This document shows, piece by piece, positions 18,101 through 26,339 of a DNA stretch of 64,000 nucleotides. The notes under the pieces were generated by a model that did not search any database, had not been told where the DNA came from, and was given only the letters and a program-made list of their open reading frames with translations. Origin of the DNA: a virus. Position numbers and translations under genes: made by a program. The stretch covers positions 16,738-80,737 of the IMG/VR virus record IMGVR_UViG_3300021962_000068. One strand, given 5' to 3'. How positions within the stretch are numbered: position 1 is the stretch's first letter; each line of letters begins with the position of its first letter.

Positions 18101-20848
18101 ATACCAGTGAATACGACCTGTACCATCCTGTTGCATCCAAGCTGAGTTACCGCTGGCTGTAGTGCGGTTAATGTAGTTATCGACGGTTGTTGTACCGGTA
18201 ACAGATAACGTACTAGAGAAAGATCCTGTTGTTGCGTTAACCGTACCGCCAGATTGGTTGGTAGCGGTAGTGGCTGTCGTGGCGTTGCCGCTCAAGCTCG
18301 CAGTAATAGTTCCTGCCGAGAAATTTCCTGATGCGTCACGCGCCACAACCTTGGAGGCTGTGTTGGCCGAGGTTGCATCTACAGCAATTGTTGGGCTCCA
18401 ACCTTCACCTGCTGTACCAGTAACTAAAATATAACTACCGGCGGTATTACCAGCAACATAGTTACCAGTTGTGTCTGTACCTAATGCAACTGAGTTAGCT
18501 GCTACTGTAGCAGTTAATGTTACGTTAGCACTACCGTCAATAGATACGCTACCTGTTAGGTCACCGCCTAAAGTGATTGTACGACCAGTGGCCCAAGCAT
18601 TTGCTGTACTTGCATTACCAATTAAATCACCGCGGAAATTAGTAGCTTGAATGTCTCCCAATGTTCCACTGAATACTTCAGATGAATTAGTTGCATCAGG
18701 TATGAATGTTAAGTAACCTGTACTATCATCAAATCCAAAGAAGCCGACTTTAGCTGCTGTACCATTGTGCCAACGGAATTCAACACCGCGATCTTTGTTA
18801 TCATCAACTGTTGGAGCAGTATCGCCTCCTAATGTTAATATTGGGTCGTCTAATGTAACTATTGTACTATTAACTGTAGTTGTTGTGCCATTAACTGTTA
18901 GGTTACCACCAACTGCTAGTTCACCTGCAATAGTAACCTTACCAGCACTATCAATTCGCACTCGCTCAGTCGGCGTACTAGCACCATCAGCGGTGGTAGA
19001 GAATACCAACCGTCCCGGCATATCGTTTGTGCCGGGGGTGCCGTCTACTTCAGCCTCAATCCTTGCTGCACGAACAAAAGACGTTCCATCAGAACCTTGA
19101 AAATCCAACAATCCCAAGCGGTCATTAATGGCAACAATACCGCCTGTTTGAGTCCCAACAGTACCAGACTTGGATTTTGCAAATACGATTCCGCCAGCAA
19201 CAGATGTTCCGCTTGTTGACCAATTTGAGATAGCAAAAGTTGAATTGTTTGCACCAGAAGTAGAGGCGTATTGAAGTCTTGTTGATGCAGCCGTTCCTGT
19301 TTGTGGACTGATAACATCAAAAGTGGTGGTGTTGCCAAAAATAGTATTTCCTGATGAGTCAATCACAACCGGGGTCGAATCAGGGTTCGCTGAATCTTCA
19401 ACCACCAGCGCATTACCAGCACCAGTCTGGGTGATTCGCAGCGCGTCGGATGAGCTATTGACACCGATTGCAACATTGCCAGCAATCGCATTGGCATCTT
19501 GATATGCCAGATTTCCAAGATACTGGTTCAGCGGGATTTCGTTTGGTGCGGTGCCGAGGTCGTATTGGCTAACTACAAGGTACTGAGTTCCGCCGACTGT
19601 TTCGCTGATCGTGCCATCCACCACCAGCTTGGAACTGTTGGTGTTTATGGTGCTTGTGCCGTCACGCACGAACACTGTGCCAGAGGAGTCAATGCGAATT
19701 CTCTCGGTCGGCGTATTCGCGCCATCAGCGGTTGTACTGAATACAAGCCTTCCCGGCATATCGTTCGTGCCGGGGGTGCCGTCTACGGCTGCTTGGATTG
19801 CCGCCCCGTATGCGTAGGTTGCGCCATCGTCACCAAGAAAACTCAACTGCCCAAGAACATCGTTGTTTTGAACAATGCCGGTGCCGTTTATGGTCGTTGC
19901 TCGTGATTTATAAAATAACGTCGGAGCCGACGACACATCATTGCTAAATCTTGCTTGTACAAATCCAGAAGTGCTTCCAGACGTACCTAAAATCTGAAAA
20001 GAGTTGGTTACTCCATTAAGAATGGAGTTTGCAGAAGTAAAACCAATAACAACTTTTCCGTTTCCATCAATCACAACCGGCGTCGAATCAGGATTCGCTG
20101 AATCCTCCACCATCAGCGCATTGCCTGTCCCGGTTTGGGTGATCCGCAGGGCGTCGCTGCTGGAGTTGACGCTGATAACAGAGGGGCCTTCCGTATTTAA
20201 TGTAGTAAACGAGCCAGTTGATGGAGTTATAGCCCCAATAGGTGTAGAATTAATTGAAGCAGCACTAAAAGATCCACTTAAATTTAAAGTATTTGACCAG
20301 GTAGCGTCTATACCGTTAGTAGTTAGTACTTCACCTGCGTGATTAGTCCTGTCTGGAACAAAGTCGTAACCATCAATTGTAGTAGTAACATTTCTCCAAT
20401 TTAATATTTCGATCAAATCATCTAAATTTGCAGGAGATGTTAGTACCACTGTATCATTAACTATGCTAAAATCATTATTAGTTAATTTAATTCCATTTAA
20501 ATATACGTCAACAGTACTACTAGGGCTAGGCACACTAAAAGTGGTCTGGCTAGCTGTAGCAGTATATGCATATTTAGTATATATTGCATATGCATACAAT
20601 GAATCATTATTTACCCAGCTTGCAGTAGTACCGTCAGTAGACAGTACTTTGCCACTATTATTAGTTTGGTCTGGTAAAAAAGCCTCAGTCTGACTAATAC
20701 TTGGAAAATAGTTAAGTGTATTAGTATTAGTTCTAAAATATAGTTTACCATCATTATAATTTATAGCTAATTCACCGTATTCTAAATTATTAGGATCTGG
20801 CTCTAATCCACTAACACTAGATTTTTTTAGTTTAATAACTGTTGACAT
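15131..20848 (-). CDS. Large mosaic tail fibre protein (1905 aa)
   Basis: N-terminal IKLKKS..GELAIN..GKLY anchor-like segment, G/T/S/A-rich fibre repeats, DADTLDG motif, beta-propeller-like PDGTKMYV repeats. Confidence 0.8.
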   Translation of the reverse strand: MSTVIKLKKSSVSGLEPDPNNLEYGELAINYNDGKLYFRTNTNTLNYFPSISQTEAFLPDQTNNSGKVLSTDGTTASWVNNDSLYAYAIYTKYAYTATASQTTFSVPSPSSTVDVYLNGIKLTNNDFSIVNDTVVLTSPANLDDLIEILNWRNVTTTIDGYDFVPDRTNHAGEVLTTNGIDATWSNTLNLSGSFSAASINSTPIGAITPSTGSFTTLNTEGPSVISVNSSSDALRITQTGTGNALMVEDSANPDSTPVVIDGNGKVVIGFTSANSILNGVTNSFQILGTSGSTSGFVQARFSNDVSSAPTLFYKSRATTINGTGIVQNNDVLGQLSFLGDDGATYAYGAAIQAAVDGTPGTNDMPGRLVFSTTADGANTPTERIRIDSSGTVFVRDGTSTINTNSSKLVVDGTISETVGGTQYLVVSQYDLGTAPNEIPLNQYLGNLAYQDANAIAGNVAIGVNSSSDALRITQTGAGNALVVEDSANPDSTPVVIDSSGNTIFGNTTTFDVISPQTGTAASTRLQYASTSGANNSTFAISNWSTSGTSVAGGIVFAKSKSGTVGTQTGGIVAINDRLGLLDFQGSDGTSFVRAARIEAEVDGTPGTNDMPGRLVFSTTADGASTPTERVRIDSAGKVTIAGELAVGGNLTVNGTTTTVNSTIVTLDDPILTLGGDTAPTVDDNKDRGVEFRWHNGTAAKVGFFGFDDSTGYLTFIPDATNSSEVFSGTLGDIQATNFRGDLIGNASTANAWATGRTITLGGDLTGSVSIDGSANVTLTATVAANSVALGTDTTGNYVAGNTAGSYILVTGTAGEGWSPTIAVDATSANTASKVVARDASGNFSAGTITASLSGNATTATTATNQSGGTVNATTGSFSSTLSVTGTTTVDNYINRTTASGNSAWMQQDGTGRIHWYWNTFGGNSPTFTNGNEDAAAASLTANNGGAGGAFFTRSASGVGKSAGDPITWTTTLYADLNTFSYKGNTVLRSDNYNSYAPTLTGTGASGTWGISITGNAATATTASATSATLTRGSYLTGSNFNGSAATTWAVDATTTATASKVVARDANGYIYAVYFTAAGTFPLPANALASGMGTFTGTNGTDSFGRGYTPAAAAALLSGQSMNIAGNASTVTNGVYTNTTQTISGVTTFTNGLIASNESADGTIPTLTKFGRSASQYVSFYGNASGNRLISVSTSSNPKEFSILVTDSVTTGSFDFSRAGVLSATTFSGSLSGNATTATNIDGYSGTYWTSNNDGSGSGLDADTLDGQQGSYYQPASTAVTTTTIANWTLNPKFATSIGFGNDDAILYYNDSTNETLTNYWSAKDGFEIRGDSGNTNNVVLKTGNLYLGQNGYVAGKLGVAGQIDAGSLSVIGAQGSIEAATGIESWYVSDNFSVAADESEPRDLAFSSDGTKMYIVGNSGNDITQYTLSTAWSVSTAGSPVVFSIASQEGSPYGLDFKPDGTEMYVAGTTGDNIYQYTLSSAWDITSASYTRTFTVTSQESDPNAVYFKPDGTKMYVIGTSGDDVNEYNLSTAWDISTATYSTVYSISAYETGPQALSFSSDGTKFWVAGTTYNRIAEFTMSTPWSVATASFNDYVNLYYVQPDETTLYTIGGMSGLYVNEAVGKAWVSDYNTDRVFELTINSATTKFTGNKFSVESQLCSIKNSLIVNRNLKVNGEIRQLGAAYFGAAYAPTFNGQSGSSTLSVGTSTSSGAFNIATGLSSGVFTLGGTATTGTMTIDRSASAHTLNIATGANASGVTKTINIGGSGASGSITNINIGSSVSGSTGTVNIYSNTAITGAVTATGGFTEGVAGLASSGTLSLLSSLGTIVYVYAAGTITFTDNLSTGQSVTLRLTGGSTYTINWPTITWVTSAGNTAPTLTADDTLIFWKIGSTLFGAYVGSAA

Positions 20849-20901
20849 ATTTTTTCCTAAAAAGGTAGTATAAACAGCCTAAAAAGACTGCTAATAAAAA
20901 A

Positions 20902-22662
20902 TCAGAATGTGCCGCCATCAACAGTATTTGACCAGTAGGGGTTACCTGTTGAATCTTGATATAATATACTACCATTAATGGTAGAACCAGCAGTAATACC
21001 AAGAGCACTAGTGCCATTGCCATATAATAAACCGCGGGCAGTAACTGAAGTTAAACCGGTTCCGCCATATGGTACACCAACTGTATTTGCGTTCCAAGTA
21101 CCTTGTGTAACAGTACCTAGAGTTACAATAGTAGCCTGACCAGCATAAGTATTAGCAATATCTATGGAGTCGGCATTAATTGTAATTCTATTTGCAGTAC
21201 CACCTACAGCTAGTACTCCATTTGTTAAGGTTAAACCTGCACCACTTACTGTAGACTTTAGTTGAAGTTGATCAGTAGATATTTCAATACCGCCAGTTGC
21301 AGATACTCCTATATCTAATACACCATCAGTTAAGCTTAAACCTGCACCAGCTACTGTAGATTTAAGCTGAAGTGCATCACTAACTATTTCAATTCCGCCA
21401 GTTGCAGCTACTTGTACGTCAAGAGTATTTCCAGTTTTGGTAAGTGCTGCGCCTGCAACAATTTGACCCGCACCAGAAAATTGAGTAAATATTAAACTAT
21501 CGGTACCAACGGTTAGAGGTGCATCAGAAGTAATAACATAACCATTATCACCATTTAAAGTACCTTGTTCAACAAATAAGAATAGTCCTGGAGATACTTC
21601 GTTTGGTTCGTCAGCATCAGAACTACGAGACCACGCACCTGCTGCAACAACGTAAATACCATTTTGTGAAGTAGTAGTCTGATCTTTAACTAAAACTCGG
21701 TCACCAACAATTAATTCTACAGCATCAATAGTTTGTGTACCTGATAGGGTAATATTTGCTGTTGTTGCTGCACGAACAGATTGTTTAACATCTAGACCTG
21801 CACGAGCTGCATCAACATAAGCTTTTGTTGCAGCATCTTGAGCATCTGTAGGATCCGCAAGACCAGTAATCCTATTAGAACCCATTGCTAAATTATTAGT
21901 TAAAGATATACCTGCAAAAGTTGGTGTAGAACTAGAATCAATATCTATTGTAACAGTATTATTACTTACAGTAGAAACAATACTAGCACCTCCAACAAAT
22001 GTTAATGTATCTGTTAATAAAGCAACAGCATCAGTACCTGTATCACCAGCAATATTTAAATTAGAAGCAACAGAAGCTGTAGATGCTGCTGTTACTTGTC
22101 CCTGCTCATTAATTGTCAGTACAGGAATAGCAGTTGCAGAACCATAAGTAGCAGCATTAACGCCTGTAGCAGTGATAGAAATTGTAGAAGTATTAGCATT
22201 ATCATCTATAGCTACTGTAATTCCTGTACCAGCAGTTATAGCTCCACCGACTGTATCGTAAATATATTCGGCAATAGAAGTTGCACTATCGTCAATATAA
22301 AGATTACTAATTACAGTTTTACCTACTCCATTCGGTGTAATATTTAAATTACCATTAGTATCTGTTGTAGAGATAGTATTGCCGTTTAATTGTAAATTAT
22401 CAATCAATAAGTTATCAATTTTTGAATAACTATCAACTATAATCGCCGCACTAGCTGTTAGTGTTCCTGGCGTATGATTTAAATAGTCAGTATATAGTTT
22501 ACCACCAATTGCTGCAATATTATCTGCTTCGCCAGGGGTAGTCTCAGTACCATAACCTATATATAATTTATTAGAAGCCCATGAATAGGCTAACTCACCA
22601 GATGCTAAAGTATTAGGCGCTACCGTAGTACCTGATTTTTTGATTTTAATAACAGAAGCCAT
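20902..22662 (-). CDS. Tail/whisker fibre-like structural protein
   Basis: Similar N-terminal IKIKKS..GELAY..KLY segment; DAATKAYVD and GDRVLVKDQ..NGIYVV motifs; ends DGGTF. Confidence 0.75.
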   Translation of the reverse strand: MASVIKIKKSGTTVAPNTLASGELAYSWASNKLYIGYGTETTPGEADNIAAIGGKLYTDYLNHTPGTLTASAAIIVDSYSKIDNLLIDNLQLNGNTISTTDTNGNLNITPNGVGKTVISNLYIDDSATSIAEYIYDTVGGAITAGTGITVAIDDNANTSTISITATGVNAATYGSATAIPVLTINEQGQVTAASTASVASNLNIAGDTGTDAVALLTDTLTFVGGASIVSTVSNNTVTIDIDSSSTPTFAGISLTNNLAMGSNRITGLADPTDAQDAATKAYVDAARAGLDVKQSVRAATTANITLSGTQTIDAVELIVGDRVLVKDQTTTSQNGIYVVAAGAWSRSSDADEPNEVSPGLFLFVEQGTLNGDNGYVITSDAPLTVGTDSLIFTQFSGAGQIVAGAALTKTGNTLDVQVAATGGIEIVSDALQLKSTVAGAGLSLTDGVLDIGVSATGGIEISTDQLQLKSTVSGAGLTLTNGVLAVGGTANRITINADSIDIANTYAGQATIVTLGTVTQGTWNANTVGVPYGGTGLTSVTARGLLYGNGTSALGITAGSTINGSILYQDSTGNPYWSNTVDGGTF

Positions 22663-22675
22663 TTTTTCCCCTTAG

Positions 22676-23041
22676 TTAGAAAAAGCCTGCGCTAATTATT
22701 TGTTCTTGTAAATTATTAGTCGCTGCCCAGGTATCACTTGATGAGTTATAAATAAGTGTAGCGCCATTAACTAACTGTGATAGATCAGCACTTAGTATTT
22801 TTGTGGCTGATGTATTAGTAGCTGTCCATTTACTAGTATTATTACTATATAAAAGAGTTGAACCATCACTAATTTGTGATATATCAATATCTAAAGCAGT
22901 ATTTATAGTATTAATTCCTCTGGGCCCCATTGCACCAGATAGAATTATTTTATCAGTTGTACCGGTACTAACAATAACTGTATTAGTACTATCGACTATA
23001 ATATTATTATTTACAGTATTGTCTACTACAATAGCACTCAT
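22676..23041 (-). CDS. Hypothetical virion-associated protein
   Basis: Two GxTLxY..xW repeats; translationally coupled in late operon. Confidence 0.6.
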   Translation of the reverse strand: MSAIVVDNTVNNNIIVDSTNTVIVSTGTTDKIILSGAMGPRGINTINTALDIDISQISDGSTLLYSNNTSKWTATNTSATKILSADLSQLVNGATLIYNSSSDTWAATNNLQEQIISAGFF

Positions 23042-23631
23042 CTTGTCACCTCTTTTTCAAGTACTATGACTCCACCAGCTAAGTTTGTTACATCATTAGT
23101 AACAGTATTAATTAACTCTAGGTCATAAACTGCAGAATTAAAATCAAAATCTTCAGTTACGGTATCTTGAATAACAATAGTTATTGTAGAATAAGCCTGA
23201 TCTATCTCAACCCCACCATTAGCAGTAGTAAGGCTATATAAAACAGCGTCAGATTTAAGTTTAGATCTAATCTGCATTCTACCAGTAAGATTTGCTAAAT
23301 TAACTGGTTGGTTAAATTCGACTACACCGCCCGAGGTATAAGCGGTGTATCCTAAAGAATTTATTTGATTTATAGTTATTGTATCTGCAGTAGCATTGGT
23401 AACAATATGATAAGTATCGTTACTATTAATCTCTTTCATACCAGATACATTTGTTACTTTTACCCTCCATCCCACAGGAATATTATGAGACGGAGCTGTT
23501 ATAACTATAGGGGCACTTTTGGCAATATTTGTAATGGGTACATATACTTTTGTACTTGATTCCCACCTTAAAACTTGCCTATAAGTACTGCCTTGAACTA
23601 TAGTTAAATTTAATTTAACTGGTGAAGTCAT
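23038..23631 (-). CDS. Hypothetical structural (baseplate/fibre adaptor-like) protein
   Basis: NLTIVQGSTY...RMQIR...AVYDLEL pattern; located upstream of the fibre genes. Confidence 0.6.
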   Translation of the reverse strand: MTSPVKLNLTIVQGSTYRQVLRWESSTKVYVPITNIAKSAPIVITAPSHNIPVGWRVKVTNVSGMKEINSNDTYHIVTNATADTITINQINSLGYTAYTSGGVVEFNQPVNLANLTGRMQIRSKLKSDAVLYSLTTANGGVEIDQAYSTITIVIQDTVTEDFDFNSAVYDLELINTVTNDVTNLAGGVIVLEKEVTR

Positions 23632-23977
23632 CTGGATTTTCCTTAAAATCTTTATGCTTATTAAGTAAGCTCTGCAATCTAGATACCTCTGAACTGAGAT
23701 TGAATACTTGATGATGCAATTCGTTATTTTCTATGGATAAATTTCTTAATTCTTTATTAAGAGTAATTATCTCTAATTGCAACTTATTTAATTCTTCAGC
23801 CAGTAATCTATTTTGTTGACCTACTCTGTCAAGTTCTGTATGCATTAAACTTACAACAGAGTTTTCTGCTGAAGTTATCACCCAGTGTTTTATTAGTTTT
23901 TGAATACCAAGAACAATACCGCCTAAAGCAATAATTCCTGCGGTAATCTCTGTTGCAAAAGAGGTTGCATTATCCAT
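23615..23977 (-). CDS. Membrane-anchored coiled-coil protein
   Basis: N-terminal hydrophobic helix followed by heptad repeats; GAGG RBS. Confidence 0.6.
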   Translation of the reverse strand: MDNATSFATEITAGIIALGGIVLGIQKLIKHWVITSAENSVVSLMHTELDRVGQQNRLLAEELNKLQLEIITLNKELRNLSIENNELHHQVFNLSSEVSRLQSLLNKHKDFKENPDDFTS

Positions 23978-24077
23978 AAAATCCTCGGTCTTACAGCTGT
24001 ATACCCAGTAGAGTATACTATTAAGTTACAAAAGTACGCAAAGATAAAAATCCATGCGTACTTTTTGATGTTAGTCT

Positions 24078-24106
24078 ATTATATCACAAAAGGTATGTTT
24101 GTGCAA
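24078..24106 (-). promoter_or_regulatory. Late sigma70-type promoter TTGCAC-N17-TATAAT
   Basis: Consensus spacing with TG extension, in an intergenic gap. Confidence 0.8.
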
Positions 24107-24150
24107 GTTGAAAAAATAGAAACCCTATTTTAGTATATTTTATGTTTTTA

Positions 24151-24495
24151 TTAGTTTTCACTACTACCTATATCAATTGGTTTATAATTATCACGATTTT
24201 CTGCTGTTTGCATATAAAGTGAATATAGTAATTGATATAAATAAGTTTGACCTACTATAACTCCAGTTTTTTCACCAGTTTGTGGATCACGTAATTCAAT
24301 CCCATCTTGCGGATTAAAATATGCTGTTACAGAGCCAGCATCTGTACTAATAATTTTTTCATTTATACTTACAGCATCTTCTTCTATAAATAGTGCTGTT
24401 TTAGGTAGAGAAGAATGTGCTGGATTATCTATAATTACTTTTTTTGCACGTCGCCAACTAGTTCCTGTACCCGTTATTTCTTTATAGTTTGCCAT
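24151..24495 (-). CDS. Hypothetical protein associated with fibre module
   Basis: 114-aa ORF with AAGGA RBS. Confidence 0.6.
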   Translation of the reverse strand: MANYKEITGTGTSWRRAKKVIIDNPAHSSLPKTALFIEEDAVSINEKIISTDAGSVTAYFNPQDGIELRDPQTGEKTGVIVGQTYLYQLLYSLYMQTAENRDNYKPIDIGSSEN

Positions 24496-24503
24496 TGTTT
24501 TCC

Positions 24504-26339
24504 TTATAGATATTGGTTATAAAAAATTTCAGTATATTGTATTTGATTTCCTTCTAATACAAATCTAAGTTGGAAGTCATATGCTTGAGAAGTTGCCACT
24601 ATAGGAGGACGTACTTGAGTCTCTGGACTAGCACCATTATTTGCACCAACAGTAACTGGACTCAAAGCTCCACCTGTCCACCCACTCCAAGGCCCCCCTA
24701 CTTGTCTCAGATTATACTGAGTATCAAAAGTTCTGCTTGTTGGCCAAACCTGAGTACTAGTAATTGTAGCATAAATAGTTCTGGTAACTCCAGGTGCGTT
24801 AGTTCCAGCTACCCTTGCACTTACCCCTGTTACAGATACGGTTGCACTATTATTTAAACTTTGACTGGTTGTGCTCGTCCAACCAGTTCCTTGATAGGTA
24901 ATTTGAAAATCTATATTTTGAGGATTGTCTCCGGGGTCGCTTCTAAAATAAACGCTATTACCTGTCCAAAATGCTGGTATACTAATATCATTAGCGGATC
25001 CATTATAAATTGTGGTACTCCAAGTTGAAGTGCCACTAGCACGTTGTTGCCAAAATACTTGAATTGTGCGATCAAGAGGGTATGCAGCTACACTGGTTAC
25101 ATATGCTGCTAGTGCATCGTTATTAGCTGCATAAATAGGAGCACCATTTTGTATAGTTAGAGTATTGGCCCAAAAAGCAGTTCCACTAGTGCTATTAAGA
25201 CGAAAAGTCCAAGTGGTAGTTTCATCGGCTTCAGTTGAACTGTCTTGTTTTGCACTAAAGTAGGTAGTAAGATAGTTACTTGTTAGCTCTACTTCACCAG
25301 TAGTTGTAATACCAGTTCCGTCTAGGTAAATTATCCAATCAGCAGTAAGAGCAGTGCCAGTAATACTATAAAATATTGAGGCAGCTCCGTGCGGAACATA
25401 TTCACTTAAAATTTCGCGTAGCGTATACTCACTTTCTCTTATAGTAGTAGGCGACCATGCAACTGCTACTACAGGCATACGATAGAGTGTAATACTTGGA
25501 CTAGTACCTAGGAGAGCTCCACCAGCGTTATCTAATCTAAATTTTACAAGTACACTTTTATCTATACTAATTGTATTAGTACCGTCCCAGTTTGTTGATC
25601 TAACTGTTAATTGAACTTGTCCTCCACTACCTGTAATTGTTCCGGTTAAGCTAGTGGGTGCATCAATATCAGCACTGGTTAATGTAGCACCGCTAGTATC
25701 TGTGTATACTTCATAGTAAATTGTAGCACCGTCTAAACCACTATATGTCATGGTAACAACACTGGCTCTGTAAGCAGTATCTAAATTTGCATAACGATAT
25801 ATTGTGTCGCGGCTTAGGGTAGGAGTAGTAGTAGTGTACTTATCTGTTACAGTAACTTGATTTGTAGTACCTACTGCATTAGTTCTAGCACTATCGCTAT
25901 AAAATGTTACATCAAAAGTTCCTGGTCCTTCGTAATTACTGTCTAAAACGGGGCTAAATGTGGCAGTTGGCCAAACGCCTAAATAGCTTTCATAGTCTAT
26001 TTGTCCTTGATAAATATTAAAATCTGAATTATCAAGATTATTATAGTTAGTAAGTTTCCAATAAAGTATAGGATAAAGATTTGGATTTGCGTCCGTAATA
26101 GTAATAGTTATGGTACTTTGTTCCTGTACAGTAGAGGGAGTTAGTGTTGCAGTAACATTTGTAACTAGGGTTTTACCTCGCAAATCATTCATGCTTATTT
26201 GACCACTGCTGGGCACGCCGGTTGTGCCGGCAGGCACATAAGCGCCGCCGGCATAGTATTCATTTAAGCCAATAGGATTGGAACCACCAAATTCAGCCTG
26301 AATATCGGTCATAGCAATAGTTCCGGTTGGAGTAGTCAT
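24504..26339 (-). CDS. Putative fibre-tip adhesin / receptor-binding protein
   Basis: N-terminal TGTIAMTDIQAEFGGSNPIGLNEYY..SGQISMNDLRGK segment typical of proteins following S74-chaperoned fibres; Ig-like remainder. Confidence 0.6.
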   Translation of the reverse strand: MTTPTGTIAMTDIQAEFGGSNPIGLNEYYAGGAYVPAGTTGVPSSGQISMNDLRGKTLVTNVTATLTPSTVQEQSTITITITDANPNLYPILYWKLTNYNNLDNSDFNIYQGQIDYESYLGVWPTATFSPVLDSNYEGPGTFDVTFYSDSARTNAVGTTNQVTVTDKYTTTTPTLSRDTIYRYANLDTAYRASVVTMTYSGLDGATIYYEVYTDTSGATLTSADIDAPTSLTGTITGSGGQVQLTVRSTNWDGTNTISIDKSVLVKFRLDNAGGALLGTSPSITLYRMPVVAVAWSPTTIRESEYTLREILSEYVPHGAASIFYSITGTALTADWIIYLDGTGITTTGEVELTSNYLTTYFSAKQDSSTEADETTTWTFRLNSTSGTAFWANTLTIQNGAPIYAANNDALAAYVTSVAAYPLDRTIQVFWQQRASGTSTWSTTIYNGSANDISIPAFWTGNSVYFRSDPGDNPQNIDFQITYQGTGWTSTTSQSLNNSATVSVTGVSARVAGTNAPGVTRTIYATITSTQVWPTSRTFDTQYNLRQVGGPWSGWTGGALSPVTVGANNGASPETQVRPPIVATSQAYDFQLRFVLEGNQIQYTEIFYNQYL

